Part shown: positions 11,713 through 25,288 of the stretch, piece after piece
How positions within the stretch are numbered: position 1 is the stretch's first letter
Layout of the letters: each line of letters begins with the position of its first letter
NCBI RefSeq assembly: GCF_964194025.1
Contig: NC_134482.1
Coordinates: 13,826,001-13,890,000, forward strand
Source: Convolutriloba macropyga
Lineage: Eukaryota
Reading direction: 5' to 3'
DNA: 64,000 bases
Translations under genes and position numbers: made by a program
Notes under the pieces: generated by a model
Seen by the model: the letters and a program-made list of their open reading frames with translations, nothing else
What the model was told of the DNA's origin: nothing
The model's database searches: none

Positions 11713-13110
11713 ATGAGAGAAAGACCATAATAGACACATGGAAGTTATATTTACTTTCTAATATTTCTCGTTTGTGTTTAAAAGAACAACCAAAGAGATC
11801 TTTGAATATTGCATTTGAAAATGAGTGCTAATTAAAGGATGACATTGCGTTCGCCAGAACCAAGGTACTGCAAGAGTTGGAAAAGATTGATATCTCAAAA
11901 TCAGCTCGACTGGACAATATACATCCAACAGTACAGTTTGAAAATGGAATCGTTGCGTCTTTGTTTCTAAAGGAAGATTTTAAGTTATCCTCAGAAACCA
12001 AACATCTGTACAAAGATTGGAGAAGAGATAACATTTGGGGTGTTCAATAAAATGTGCCAGAAAGGACCCATTAAATAAAAAATGGTAAGGATAACTATAT
12101 TGATACAATAACCTAACCCCAGTGCAATTCGGATTAATGGCCTTACGATCAACAACATTGCAGCTCATCAAAAACATGGACGAGTGAACTGACGCACTTG
12201 AAAGTGGACACTAACTAAATATTATATATCCAGATTTTCGGAAAGCCTTTGATATTGTGTGAAACAATTGCCCACTTAGAAAACTAGAACAGTACAAAAA
12301 AGGAGAACATTGGACTGTTTAAGAAGTTTTGTCATTAAACAAGTGCAAAAAATAGCGTCCGTTTGAATCTAATCCGACTGGCAAGCAATCCGAAGAAGCA
12401 TTCAGGAAGGGCAAACTTTTCCACTTTTTAATCATTTACATAAACTCAAATTCGAACTGCGTGAATCACCTATGCATCCTTCGCTGATGCTACTAAATTA
12501 TTCAGAGCAATCACTTGAAAAAAGAATAAAAGACTAATTCAAGAAGATTCTTTAAAGGTGGTCCAGCCACAGTCTACTACAACACAACTCACAAAATTAC
12601 GTTAGACAGAATCAATAAAAAGCAGTTCAACCAAAGAAAGGCCTCTGTGTAAGCATAGACCGGAAGCTAATGCTTCACCTTCATATAACGTCACGGGTTC
12701 AGAAAGAACATTCCGTCATTTTGATTATCAAGATAAACTTCCAGATGCTGATAATGCAGACCTTCCTTCAGCTAAACAAGGCACTTATTTTACCGCACTT
12801 TAAATATGCAAAGAACACTGGCTACCAACGTAAATACATCGCGGGAGAAGCAGAATGGTATCAATGCGCAAGATAGTGAAGGAAAACTACAATCCGCCGG
12901 TGATAAATGGCCTGTTTGGAACAATTTGTAGTAATACAAGGGGGAACTAGTGCAAAACCCTTACCAAAAAGCCGACAACTGAATTGCAGAATAAGTACTT
13001 TACAGTGAAGGCACCAAATGAGTGGAATCGGCAACCAGATGAAGTGGTGTGACTGTCTCAAAGTATTACTGGAAAAATTCTGTGTCTCCCAGCTGTACGA
13101 CACTTTTAAA
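11713..13110 (+). pseudogene. Decayed CR1-like LINE reverse transcriptase
   Basis: Remnants KSARLDNIHP, QFGLMALRSTTLQL, IYPDFRKAFD and FADATKLFRAI, with many stops and frameshifts. Confidence 0.8.
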
Positions 13111-13599
13111 ATGATTCAGATGGACCACACCGAAGAGCTGATCAAAAGAGGCGTGAGCCTGCCGATTAGAATAATGAAACTAAACGACAGATGGCAAATA
13201 CTGTTTGCGTCGTTGATAGGAATTACATACCAGTCGAGAAAAATCTCGGTCAATATATGGCTTGAACTCACCAGCAAATAAATGAACGAGTAAAGCAGCA
13301 CCAAAAAATTTTTTTTAAAACACATTATTGATAGAAAACGGGATGATAATCTTCACAGAAGCTCAGTAAGGATTCTAACAATGATCTTCAGGGTCGAAAA
13401 TTGTGTTAAAACTAAATGAAAAAATAACCAAGAAAGTGAAAGATGGCCTACTAACCGTGTCAATGCATTGATCGATGCAAAACAAAAATTGAAAAAGCTA
13501 CAAAGAAAAAATCTCATCAAAAATGTGTTTATCATCACAGTTTGGAACACACAATCCGTATTTGAAACCTGGATCGTCAAAGAGAGTGACTGCTTAAGC

Positions 13600-15130
13600 A
13601 AAGCGTCGGTTTTGGGTTTGTTGTTTACACCACGTTGTGTTTTGTAGGAATCTCAGGAAAACATTTCAGTCGGCGACCCGGCAGCTATTTGCACCTCAAA
13701 AGCTATAGGCTGGAACAAATAGCTTTTCTCGGATTTTTGTTTTGTTTTGTTGCACTAACTTTTAGGCTCTGCAGCTGCTGTGCCCGGATGGTGACCAGCC
13801 TATTCTTCTACTCTAAAAAATTTAAGGCTTAAGCAAGTCCACTACTGTAACATCAAACAAAAGCTGCTTATCTGCCTTTCGTGGTACCAAAGCAAATCTA
13901 ACTTGTCTGGGAAGCTGTTAAGACGTTTGACAAAAAAAAACAAAGTTGGAAAATGTGGTCAGTTTCTCTTAAACTTGCTTCGATCAAAGTTTTTGATGTT
14001 CAGAGTCAACTTAACCTTCTGACTGCGTTTCTCACACCAGATCTCGAAACCAATTTTAAAGATTGGTCCAATTTTTTTACCGAAGAAGTGAAGTTGACTC
14101 TGTGTGCACGCACTGCTGAGGCTAAAACGCGGGAAAATCTATTATTTTTGCAGGTGAGACAACAAGTCTACTCCTTGAGGAGAACAAGATCGCTTTGAAA
14201 AAAATTTTTATCCAGATTCACATTTTTTACGCTGCTCATTTTTTTTGTTCTAAATTCACTTGTATTTCTCCAACATAACTCGTTCCCAGACAAAGGGGCG
14301 GCTTCATCCTAAGAAAATAGCTTGATTGCAGCATACCGAAACAGTTTTTGATGAAATAAAAACCATAAAGCGCATCCAGTGTTTCAAGAAGTCCTGGCAA
14401 CTTTACAGATCTTTCATTTTCCCGAGCAAGCATTTTTCATTGTTTTTCCGAGTGGGGCTCCCATGATTAAAATATTGTCGTTTGCTGTGATCTTTTTTCC
14501 GGGACAAAGTTTTACAAATTGTTTAAGTCGTAATTTCCCTGAGCCTAGGTTGGTTCTCCCAAAAAACACAATTCACATTTTGATAGTTAATCTTCAAACA
14601 AAACATCTCCTTAGAACTTTCAATTTGTTTTAAATCTCATTACAACTTTATAGTCATCTGCCAGCTTGCCAAAAATCTTTATGACATTGCGTACAAGTTG
14701 AATATTTTTTTGCTATTTAAAGAGTTGAGGGCGTTTTTAAAGTCGCGTTCAAGTAAAACATCAGTTTTGGGGAGGTTAGTGCCAGCAAAATTTGAAAAAG
14801 ATTACCTGCTTTTGCTGCACTAATATTGGTTTCGTGAACAATTTGGTTAAAACCAAAATGTATCTTACGTAAATAATTCAATTTTGCGCCAGTTTATTTG
14901 GACGCAACACTACCTTATGTATTTTCAACAGCTTTTTGAGGAAGACTGCTATCATTTTTTGCGCAATTAGTTGTATTCGAGAAACTTGTGTTCGAAAGGG
15001 GTCAGTTTCCTTGTTGTCTGCAATCAGTCTGACAAATCTTTTTAATCTTATCAAATATCAAAAATATAAACTTGCAGTACTCTTAGTTTTACGTGTCAGA
15101 TCTTTCCAAACCCGGGAGCGAGACGTCGTG
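13600..15130 (-). mobile_element. Decayed CRE-like non-LTR retrotransposon RT region
   Basis: Minus-strand remnants DFKNALNSLN (~14715-14750), GAPLG (~14450) and LDALYGFYFIKNCFG...YFLR (~14300-14380), resembling CRE-clade RT motifs. Confidence 0.5.
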
Positions 15131-15367
15131 ATTACCTTTAATAAAATGTTTTGGAAAATTATGAGGGGGAGCATTTAATTTTGACCGCTTTTCATTATTA
15201 CTGTTATTATTGTTTGAGAAGCTGATCTAAAATGGCGGAAATTCTGCTGAAGTCAAATGATACTTGTGCACCCAGGCTGATGTCAATTATTTCTATTTTA
15301 ATTCTTGATAGTGGCATACATCAACTCCTAATGTGGTTAGTTGCTAAAACACTAAGTCAAATATAAG

Positions 15368-15980
15368 TGTAGTAAACCATAGAACTTATTGTATGACATA
15401 TTGAACGCACAATTAGAAGTTTTCACAACAAAGGGGAGAACAAACAGAGATGGTTACTAAGCGTAAACCGGATTGTAACAATATAAAGAAAGTATCATAA
15501 ATGATGGAAATCATCACGGAGTTTCATCTCGACGCGAGACGTCAATGAATGTTTGTTCTTGATGGAATTCGTCAGGCAGGTAAACTTGTTATCTGTTAGT
15601 TTAACTAAAAGGAACCCGTGCGGTAGAAAGTAACGACGAGAAAATCACAAAGAGATTAACGAAAATGGGCAAAAGTACCTAAGAATAATCAACCATTGAT
15701 AGGACCGAAACCAAAGACAATAATAAAAACTGAACGTCATAAAATTGAGCTGCCTTTCGTGGCTGCTTTTTTCAAATAGTTTTTCATCTTCTCATCTGTT
15801 AAAACTCATTGTATTCCAATCACTAATTCTAACTCTGTATTAAAAAGTTTGATTATTACATCTTCATAATTAATTTAAAGTCCTATACTAAGAAAATTTT
15901 CATCAGTAATCTTGAGGTTCAAAGTGCTTAAGAAACCCCCCAACCGAAACCGATACCGTACACAGTGCACGGATATTACA
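15368..15980 (+). repeat. 5' LTR
   Basis: TG...CA termini (TGTAGT...ATTACA); colinear with 26134-27048. Confidence 0.9.
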
Positions 15981-15981
15981 C

Positions 15982-15995
15982 TGGTGACAGAGATT
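15982..15995 (+). promoter_or_regulatory. Primer-binding site
   Basis: TGGTGACAGAG starts 1 nt after the LTR end (TGG complementary to tRNA CCA). Confidence 0.75.
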
Positions 15996-16823
15996 TTAAA
16001 AAATTTAACATTTTGAAAACTTTAACAAATTTGTCGGTAGGAAGATGCAAATAAAAAGCACTTGCACTCAAGAACTCGAGATTTGAATAAATCCCGAGAT
16101 AAATACACAAAATACAAACAAGATTTGGTATAACAAATAATCAATTTTCATCAATTTCCACCAAATTTTGTGTGAGTCAGTTGTAGAAGTCACAGCGTAA
16201 TCAGTCGCAGGAAATTAGTTTTCACAAGTGAGAATTTTGTCGCGTGTGGCTAATTATTACTCGTTGTTGGAGAGAGAAAATTCCTTGTGTAAAAAGAGCG
16301 CATCAGACCAAGTGAATTGATATAGAGAGTTTCCTCTAGTTGTCTTCGTTGATAATTGAAGTTGGTTGCCACTGCATTCGTCTTTTTTGTCTCAGAAATG
16401 CTTTTCCTTTCGATCTTGGTTAATTAATTGACTTGTAGTAAAGCACCTAATATCATTCTTGTCGTAATTACGAAAAAATATATATTATAAACATTAATAA
16501 AACAGGACAAATCAATTTCAGCTAAAATCATATTAAAATACTAAAGAAAAGTTAGGTGGGACAGTCATCTATAAGAGTGTAAACAAAAACTTCTTTTAAA
16601 TTAAGGAGAAAAATAAGTAAAAAGGAAATACCATATCAAAATAAGCGTTAGGTTTTGTAACCAAAAATTTTAAACAATAAAAAAAGGTGCTATAGAAATT
16701 CAAAGGTAAAAAGAAAAACACCTTCCAGTGACTATCTACTTGGTAATTATTTTATAGAAACTATTATTTTCAACAACTAAACAAAGTTTTAAAAGGGTTA
16801 CAATACAAGTAGGGGAACAGTAA

Positions 16824-17500
16824 AATGGCAAGAGGCTCGACCTCTAGAATGCTATTACCGGAAGCGTTTACGCGTTCAAATGACTTGGAAGGCTACATGA
16901 CGCATTTTGAGCTATAGGCGGAACTACAAAAGTGGGAAAGTACAGAAGAAGATCCAGCCGGCGAATTTCATGAACGGCCGCATTACCATGGAGTTCTATC
17001 GCACTCTACCGCGAGCTACAAGAGAAAACAATGATGATTGCGTTAAAGCTTTCCGAGAACACTATAGTCAAAAAACGGTCGTTTTCCAGGGACGGCTAGC
17101 TCTCCGCGTACAGCAACCAGGGAAAAAACTGACCGATTTTTGGTAGATCCGGGATGAAACAACAGATTTTGGTAGAGGCTGTCACGAAGCTTGTGAACCA
17201 ATTGTCAGTAGATGACAAACAGCGAAAAAAACTGTGGAAACTAAGCTATGGAGCGATGTAGTTCCCCGGGACGGTGGGGTGACAACAGACGTGATAGAGG
17301 ACAGCAACAAGATCGTGGGTTCAACGAGCCGCGGCAATTTCCAACATCAGGATCTGCTCACCAAGACAGATCTTTCGGAAGAGATGAACCGTCTAGAAAG
17401 AACGACAGGCAGGGTTTCAAGTGCAGAGCCTGTTGAAAAGAAGGACACATTTGGTGGAATTGTCGAAATTGTTGTCTATATGAAAACTCCCAACACTTGA
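16824..17500 (+). pseudogene. gag: gag remnant
   Basis: MARGSTSRMLLPEAFTRSNDLEGYMTHFEL*AELQKW N-terminus; zinc knuckle FKCRAC*KEGHIWWNC at ~17415-17465. Confidence 0.75.
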
Positions 17501-17559
17501 AAGGAAACTACCCTTTCAAAAAGAAAACCACCAAGAACTGTAATGTCATTAGAGTTTTT

Positions 17560-20500
17560 TCTACAAACACAATTAAATATCCAAACCCAGAAATTATACC
17601 TGATTGGAACAGATGCGTGGGATTAATAGAGAGTGGAAGTTGTATATCGTTTTTGAGCTGGTCCACATACGAAAAACTGGGCAAACCGAGAATTGTGCAA
17701 ACAAACACAAAAATAGTGTTAACAGCCAATAACTCAGCTGTCAAAATAATAGGGAGAGTAACGCTGTTGCCACAGTTGCAACCAAGATTACCGGAGCATG
17801 AACAGGAATTTGTTATAACTGCAGACGAAGGTATAGAATGTCTGCTGGGAATTGATTTCCTGAAAACCAATAAATGTGTATTGAACTTACACGAAAGAGA
17901 AACTATACAGCAGTCACTTTAAAACTTCAATACCTCTTACCACAGAGAGAACGCAAGGTGTTCAGGTTTTTGGCATTGCGGAACAAATTTTTTTATACAG
18001 AGTAAAAACGAAAGTCTGATGAGAGTTAGACTAGCTGCCGAAAACAGAGAACAAATTCCGGAAATGGAAGGATTGGTGAAAGCAATTGAAAATTTTGAAA
18101 TAAAGACTGATTTGTTTTTAGCCGCCTGTATGATATCAATGAAAGGTGGTTCAAGTTTAACAAAAAGTGTTAATTATAACGAATGCACCACTGGCCGTGC
18201 ATAAAAGCATTAAAGTAAGAACCTATCTTGAAAACAAACAAAACTTAGTAGTGAATAGAATTTTCACAAGTCAAAAAAAGACACATTGGAAACTTTTCAA
18301 ATGGGAAAATTCGCAAATTTGGAAAGTTCTAATCTAAATAACCAGCAGAAAGAGAAAATACAGGAACTGTTCATGAGACATCAACAGGTCTTCTCCTAAA
18401 ACTCGAATGACTTAGGATATTGTGACAAAATTATACACCAAATTAAACTCAACAAATATGCACAGCTGGTCAGAAGAAGTTGTTGCAGTATGAGTTTTGA
18501 TAAAAGAAAAGCCTTGAAAAATTTTTTCGAAGATTTGGTTGATGCAACATTAACTGAACCAACCCATTCGTATTGGGCAGCACCATAATTATTGGTGTAA
18601 TAGAAAGATTGGAGCTAAAGACTAATAGTAGATTACTGAGGTTTGCACAAACAAATCAAGAAGAAAACCAGTTGGCCGCTACCAAGGATAAATGACGTTA
18701 TTGACACTCTAGACGGAATTGTTCCTTTTCTAATATCGATTTGACATCGCCATTTTTTCAAATGACGCTGAATGAAAAGTCGCAGAAGTTGACAGCTTCT
18801 GTAACTCCAACAGGACTCTACAAGTGGAAGAGACTATCCATCGATTTGGCGTCACCGCCAGGAGATTTCAAAATTTTTTTGGAATTGATCATGGCGGGAC
18901 TCGCCTATGAAGTGACTTTTGTATAATTGGATGAGAAAATTATCTTCTGTAGATCATTTAAGGACCATCTCAGCCGTCTAATTCTCGTACTTGGACAATT
19001 TAAAGACGCTGGATTGAAAATCAAAAGGCTCAAAATAAAGATTTTTCAGGAAAATTTCATTTCCTGGGACCCATTGTATCAAAGAAAAGGCGTAGAAGTT
19101 GATCCAGAGAAAGTAGCCGCAGTAAGTAAAATGAAAATCCACAAACAATGAAATGATTGATAGCTGTATTAGGACTAGTTGGTTTTTCTAGAAGATTCAT
19201 ACAAGATTTTGAAAAAATAGCAGTGCCGCTTTATAAGCTATTAAACAAAAAAACGTTTTTATGGGAGCAAACAGGTTGAATCAGCAGTTGAACAACTAAA
19301 ACAAACACTACACAAAGCACCAATTTTGAGTTATTCGAATATGGATCCCCATACGTTACCCACCAACGTCTCTCTGTTTGACATTGGCGCAACTGTTTCC
19401 CAAAGATAACAATGGGGTGAAAGAGTTATTGCATACGCAAGCAAAACGCTCAGCAAAATTCAACGAAACTATTCTGACAAAACGAAAACTTTTGCAATAG
19501 TTTATTCCACTCAACACTTCAGAAATTTTCTTCTGGGACAAAAGTTTTTAATTTTTACCGATCATAGGGCCCTCAGGTGGTCATATAGTTTTAAGGAACC
19601 AGACAGATTATTGGCCGGATGGATAGAAAAGCTCGAACAGTTTGATTTTGAAATCAAACACGAAGGGTTAAAGAAGATCCCTCACGCAGGCTGTCTGACG
19701 CGAGTTCCACAGACTGAAGACCAAGTCAAAGACTGCGATCGAGTGAGCCAAGTAAATACAGAAGACCAAAATATTTGTTCCATTGGACTAGGGAAATCTG
19801 TTGAGCAACTAGTTGAACATCAGAAAAATGCAGCCGACCTAATTTATTAAGAAACTGGATTGAGAACGGGGAACAACCTCAAATAAAAAACATGACAGGA
19901 GCCTCTAGGGAACTGTGGAAACTTTGGACTGATTTCAGAAACCTACGAAATGAAAACGATCTAATTAAGAGACAGAAACGTATTGACAAATTTAACAACT
20001 TAACAGAAATATTCATTCAGAGATCATTTGTAAAAGAAATTCAACCTTTCCCTGATGATAAAGGCGGACATTTTGTAGGGCTAAGACATTTGATCGGGTT
20101 CGAAAACGATTCTACTGGCACGGGAGGTGAAAAGATGTCCACAAGTGGGTAAGCTCTCGCGAAGTATGCTGTCAAAAGAAGTCTTCACGCCAGAAACATA
20201 TACGCAGACTGAGAACGTGGAAACCAAGTCACCCATTTTGACAAGATGCCTTGGACATCATGGGAACTTTACCCGAGCCAAGTGAAAACAAATACATTCC
20301 CTTAGTTGGAGATCAGTTTACAAAAATGTATGAAGCAATTCCCATGAACAGCCATGAAGCTTCAAAGGTAGCTAAGGCTTTCGTAAACGTATGAGTTTCA
20401 AGGTTTGGTTTTCCGGCAAATCTCCTTTGCAACAAGGGCAGTACCTTTATGTCGAATCTTTTTGAGAACGTGCGTAAAAAGCTGGGTATTAACAGGATAT

Positions 20501-21100
20501 CAACAACAGCTTAACATCCTTAAGGAAACACAATGATAGGGCGCACCAGTCGCACAATCAAAGAGAGTCTAACAAAAAGTGGTTGAACATCACAACACCT
20601 GGAGCGACTACCTTCCGCCAGTTATGATTGATTACAGATCATCAATTCACTCTGTTACCAAGTACAGCCAATTTTATCTCCTTTCTGGACAATCATGCGC
20701 ACTGCTGATTGATTGCATCTATCAAACAGTACAAACCAAATTCTACACGTTCTTGAGTGACTACGTTGAATGCTTGACAGGCGAACTACAAACGTGCCAT
20801 GATACGGGAAAGCATGGATGTGGAGGAAGAATGACAAAAAACATACTATGATCGTAGCACATTTGGACCAAAATATGAAGTAGGTGATTTAGTAGTGAAG
20901 TTCAACCTCACAATGAAGACTGGCCAGACAAAAAAAATTAAATCTTTTCACAGTGGACCGCAGGTAATACGTGAATTAGCCAATGATCTAAACTTTGTTA
21001 TTGAAGATGAGAAAACAAAAAAAACAAAAGGTTCACTACGATCGACTCAAACTTTTTATCAGTAGATGTGCTACCATTGATAAAAAAAGAAACTAAGAAG
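17560..21100 (+). pseudogene. pol: pol remnant (aspartic protease, RT, RNase H, integrase)
   Basis: PR LIESGSCIS...LLGIDFL; RT WAAPIILV, RLIVDY, WPLPRIND, G.EVDPEKV; RH IAYASK, TDHRALRW, GWIEKLEQFDFEIKH; IN H..GGHF, LDIMG.LP, WSDYLPPVMIDYRSSIHS. Many stops and frameshifts. Confidence 0.92.
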
Positions 21101-21612
21101 GCAAAATGTGAGCCGAGAATACCACAAAATGACTTTACGGAGGTTAAAGATTTTGTGGAAATTGAAGTATTCACTCCAAAAATGAATGACACAGAAACAA
21201 GAGAATTTAATCCTGCAGGGAATAACACTCAAATTAACTCTAGTACTTAAACTAACAATGAGACAGTCAAAGAAGATTTGTTTGAAACACCAATGGGTGG
21301 GAGTATCAATAAATACTAACACAAACAACAAGAGCAGAAGCACAATGATACCTGCGCCTAAAGTAGCTACACAACAGAGGGAAATAGCCTGGCGGCAACA
21401 TACGAAAAGAGTGAAGGCAAGGAATTTCCAAACAGAAGCACGTCTTCTGCTTCGCAAAATCTTACCAAACGACGATTTCAAAAAAAAAGTCCGTCGGGAA
21501 TAAAAAGACCACGGAAACTCAATGATTATTTTCTTCTCAAGGATAACGATTCAGATGAGAAATTTGAAAATGACGTATTTTCGTAATCAGGTGATACGGC
21601 AAAATGCAGAGT

Positions 21613-24600
21613 ATGTGGAACCCACATTGAAACGTGCAGCTGAACTGCAAACTTCTCCAATTGGTTAGCATATCAGGTTCTTCACAATCCTTAGAGATTG
21701 TGCGGTTTGATTTTGAGAATATTCTGCAGACGCAAAAGTTTGCCATTTCGGAACCAACGAAATGAGAAACGTCACAAATAAATGAGGAGCAGGTAAGCAA
21801 ATGAGGACTCATCAACGCCGAGAGCAGCATGAATAAACTAAAATACTGCATGTAGAGAGCTGCATATACGGCAGCTGTGCTGAAAAAAAACTGGTTGGTA
21901 TGACGACGCAACTTACTTAAACAGTAAATCACAAATAATTCCAGCGTTTTACGCAATAAAAGAATCAGTCTTATGGCAGGCACAAAAAGCACGGTTACCG
22001 GGTCTTGTTGACTTCAATTTCAATGCTCCCAAAAAAATCATTAATGAGATGAATGTTGGCCGAACCGACGCAGAGTTTGTTCAGAAGGTATCAAAAACAT
22101 TCATGAGAGGCGGAGATGAGACAGTAGTGAATTATGTTTACCCCGTGGATTGGATCAATCCAAAAGTTGAGACAAGGAGAAGTAAAATCATGTTAAATGC
22201 TGAGATTTTCATGGGGACTATGTTCATTGGAACCAGGGAAGAAAATGAAGGTACATGGTTATACTTCAAACACCCTCTGAATCAGGAGAACCTGCCTTGT
22301 TATATCAAGGAGACACATTTTAAATAGCTTCAGTATAATATTAGTTTGACCAAGACAGAAAACTAAATATCTTAACGATAATTTAATTTTCAGAGTCGAT
22401 ACCATCAAAAATATTCCGCGCTAGAAATAAAAATTAATTGACGAGCAAATTAGACAGAAAAAAAATTAGTTGTTCAGTTGAAAAACAGGACAAAACAGAT
22501 AGACAATTTCCAGCTTTTCGAAACAATCCAAAGAAATTTGTTTTAGAATCCAAAAACTTTGACGGCCACGGAACAAAATTTCTCACCAACAAATATATCT
22601 GAGACAGATCCCAGGGACCTAAAACTCGACCAACTTTTTGTTTGGGATTTTTGAGGTGTGTTTGAAAATTTGAAACAAACAGAGTTATCAAATTGTAACA
22701 TAGAAAAACTGCACAGAGCTATGATTTTAACAAAACCAATTATCGGAAACTCAAAACAAAATTAACCAAATCAACAAAACGCTCTGGGTATACCCGCACA
22801 AAGAGCAAGAGAAATACTTTATATCCATAGGTGCGCTAAAGTTATCGTACATGTTGTCGAAAAACGGTTTTGTTCCGAGCAAGTACTAATTAGGGTGTCT
22901 TCTGACAACAGTTCAGAAGAAATTAGATACATGGGCCCTATTTCTTGAGTATTCTACAGAAATTTCACACTAATCAATTGCAGCCCCATGTACCCGAACG
23001 CTCTTGAATCGCGGAATGGAAAATGGATAACATATGGCCGACAAATACAACTGATTGATAAACCCAATGATATGCCTCATTAAAGATTTAACGTCATTTG
23101 GTCATTTGGTTAACGTCATGACGACGGAACCCACATTGAAACGTGCAGCTGAGCTGCAAACTTCTCCAATTGGTTAGCATATCAGGTTCCTCACAATCCT
23201 TAGAGATTGTGCGGTTTGATTTTGAGAATATTCTGCAGACGCAAAAGTTTGCCATTTCGGAACCAACGAAATGAGAAACGTTACAAATAAATGAGGAGCA
23301 GGTAAGCAAATGAGGACTCATCAACGCCGAGAGCAGCATGAATAAACTAAAATACTGCATGTACAGAGCTGCATATACGGCAGCTGTGCTGAAAAAAAAC
23401 TGGTTGGTATGACGACGCAACTTACTTAAACAGTAAATCACAAATAATTCCAGCGTTTTACGCAATAAAAGAATCAGTCTTATGGCAGGCACAAAAAGCA
23501 CGGTTACCGGGTCTTGTTGACTTCAATTTCAATGCTCCCAAAAAAATCATTAATGAGATGAATGTTGGCCGAACCGACGCAGAGTTTGTTCAGAAGGTAT
23601 CAAAAACATTCATGAGAGGCGGAGATGAGACAGTAGTGAATTATGTTTACCCCGTGGATTGGATCAATCCAAAAGTTGAGACAAGGAGAAGTAAAATCAT
23701 GTTAAATGCTGAGATTTTCATGGGGACTATGTTCATTGAAACCAGGGAAGAAAATGAAGGTACATGGTTATACTTCAAACACCCTCTGAATCAGGAGAAC
23801 CTGCCTTGTTATATCAAGGAGACACATTTTAAATAGCTTCAGTATAATATTAGTTTGACCAAGACAGAAAACTAAATATCTTAACGATAATTTAATTTTC
23901 AGAGTCGATACCAGCAAAAATATTCCGCGCTAGAAATAAAAATTAATTGACGAGCAAATTAGACAGAAAAAAATTAGTTGTTCAGTTGAAAAACAGGACA
24001 AAACAGATAGACAATTTCCAGCTTTTCGAAACAACCCAAAGAAATTTGTTTTAGAATCCAAAAACTTTGACGGCCACGGAACAAAATTTCTCACCAACAA
24101 ATATATCTGAGACAGATCCCAGGGACCTAAAACTCGACCAACTTTTTGTTTGGGATTTTTGAGGTGTGTTTGAAAATTTGAAACAAACAGAGTTATCAAA
24201 TTGTAACATAGAAAAACTGCACAGAGCTATGATTTTAACAAAACCAATTAACGGAAACTCAAAACAAAATTAACCAAGTCAACAAAACGCTCTGGGTATA
24301 CACGCACAAAGAGCAAGAGAAATACTTTATATCCATAGGTGCGCTAAAGTTATCGTACATGTTGTCGAAAAACGGTTTTGTTCCGAGCAAGTACTAATTA
24401 GGGTGTCTTCTGACAACAGTTCAGAAGAAATTAGATACATGGGCCCTATTTCTTGAGTATTCTACAGAAATTTCACACTAATCAATTGCAACCCCATGTA
24501 CCCGAACGCTCTTGAATCGCGGAATGGAAAATGGATAACATATGGCCGACAAATACAACTGATTGATAAACCCAATGATATGCCTCATTAAAGATTTAAC

Positions 24601-25060
24601 GTCATTTGGTCAACTTCCGCACCAATGGAAGGGTTTTTTAATGAAAAAAACCTGGAACTCAGCAAGAAGTTCCAAAGATTAAGGCATTCGAGAAAAACGA
24701 AAACAGGATGAGAAATTTTCCTTGCACAACGAGATTTGTATGAATATGAGACTTTAGAGTATTTTAACACGGACTTGAAATAAAATCATCAGCGACATGA
24801 ACTGCTAATTTTTGAATACTTTGATAGTGAAGTGAAACAAATGTGACATGCGGCCAGGGAAATGACCATCAGTTTGATGACTATCTTTATTGTATCTAAA
24901 ATCATATTTTGTTTGGTACGTGTGTTTCTTTCAGTCGATATGCTACGCAGTGGCACCAATCCTGTGATTGCGCTGCAACCCATCAACCCAATGGGGAAAC
25001 TAGGTCATTTTCATCATCTAAAACAACGTTCTAAAGAACTAAAATTGACAAGAAAGAGAA
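21613..25060 (+). pseudogene. env: Decayed envelope glycoprotein, herpes gB/chuvirus-like class III fusogen type (5' ~1.5 kb duplicated)
   Basis: Signal-peptide-like start, then IVRFDFEN..TQKFAISEPTK*E (cf. GYDC...T.SL.EP..C). Later VIVHVVEKRFCSEQVLI...RYMGPIS..YRNFTLINCSPMYP...NGKWI...KP..MP...W....GFF, and a TM segment ISLMTIFIVSKIIFCLV at ~24868. About 650 codons once the duplication is removed. Confidence 0.6.
21617..24612 (+). repeat. Near-identical direct tandem duplication (21617-23104 / 23126-24612)
   Basis: Offset 1509 bp, only scattered substitutions, and a 21-nt filler at the junction. Confidence 0.95.
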
Positions 25061-25288
25061 CGATCGCACGGTTTGATGGTAATCAAAACCTTGAAGTTAT
25101 AAAAACAAAAAAGGCTAAATCTGTTTTTAATTTTTTTATTCAAGATCGTTGAATTCAAGATCGGTAATACAAACATTGAAGTTATAAAAGCAAAAAAGGC
25201 TGTACCAGACATGACAAAAATTGAGATTGACGCCTTAGGTTAATTTAAGTGTATTATATGTAGGAGTGGTAAAGCCAACAATTGGCGA

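Noticed and set aside
21537-23501. 151-aa and 135-aa minus-strand ORFs occurring twice
   Set aside because: Antisense shadows of the decayed + strand env; their repetition is due to the tandem duplication.
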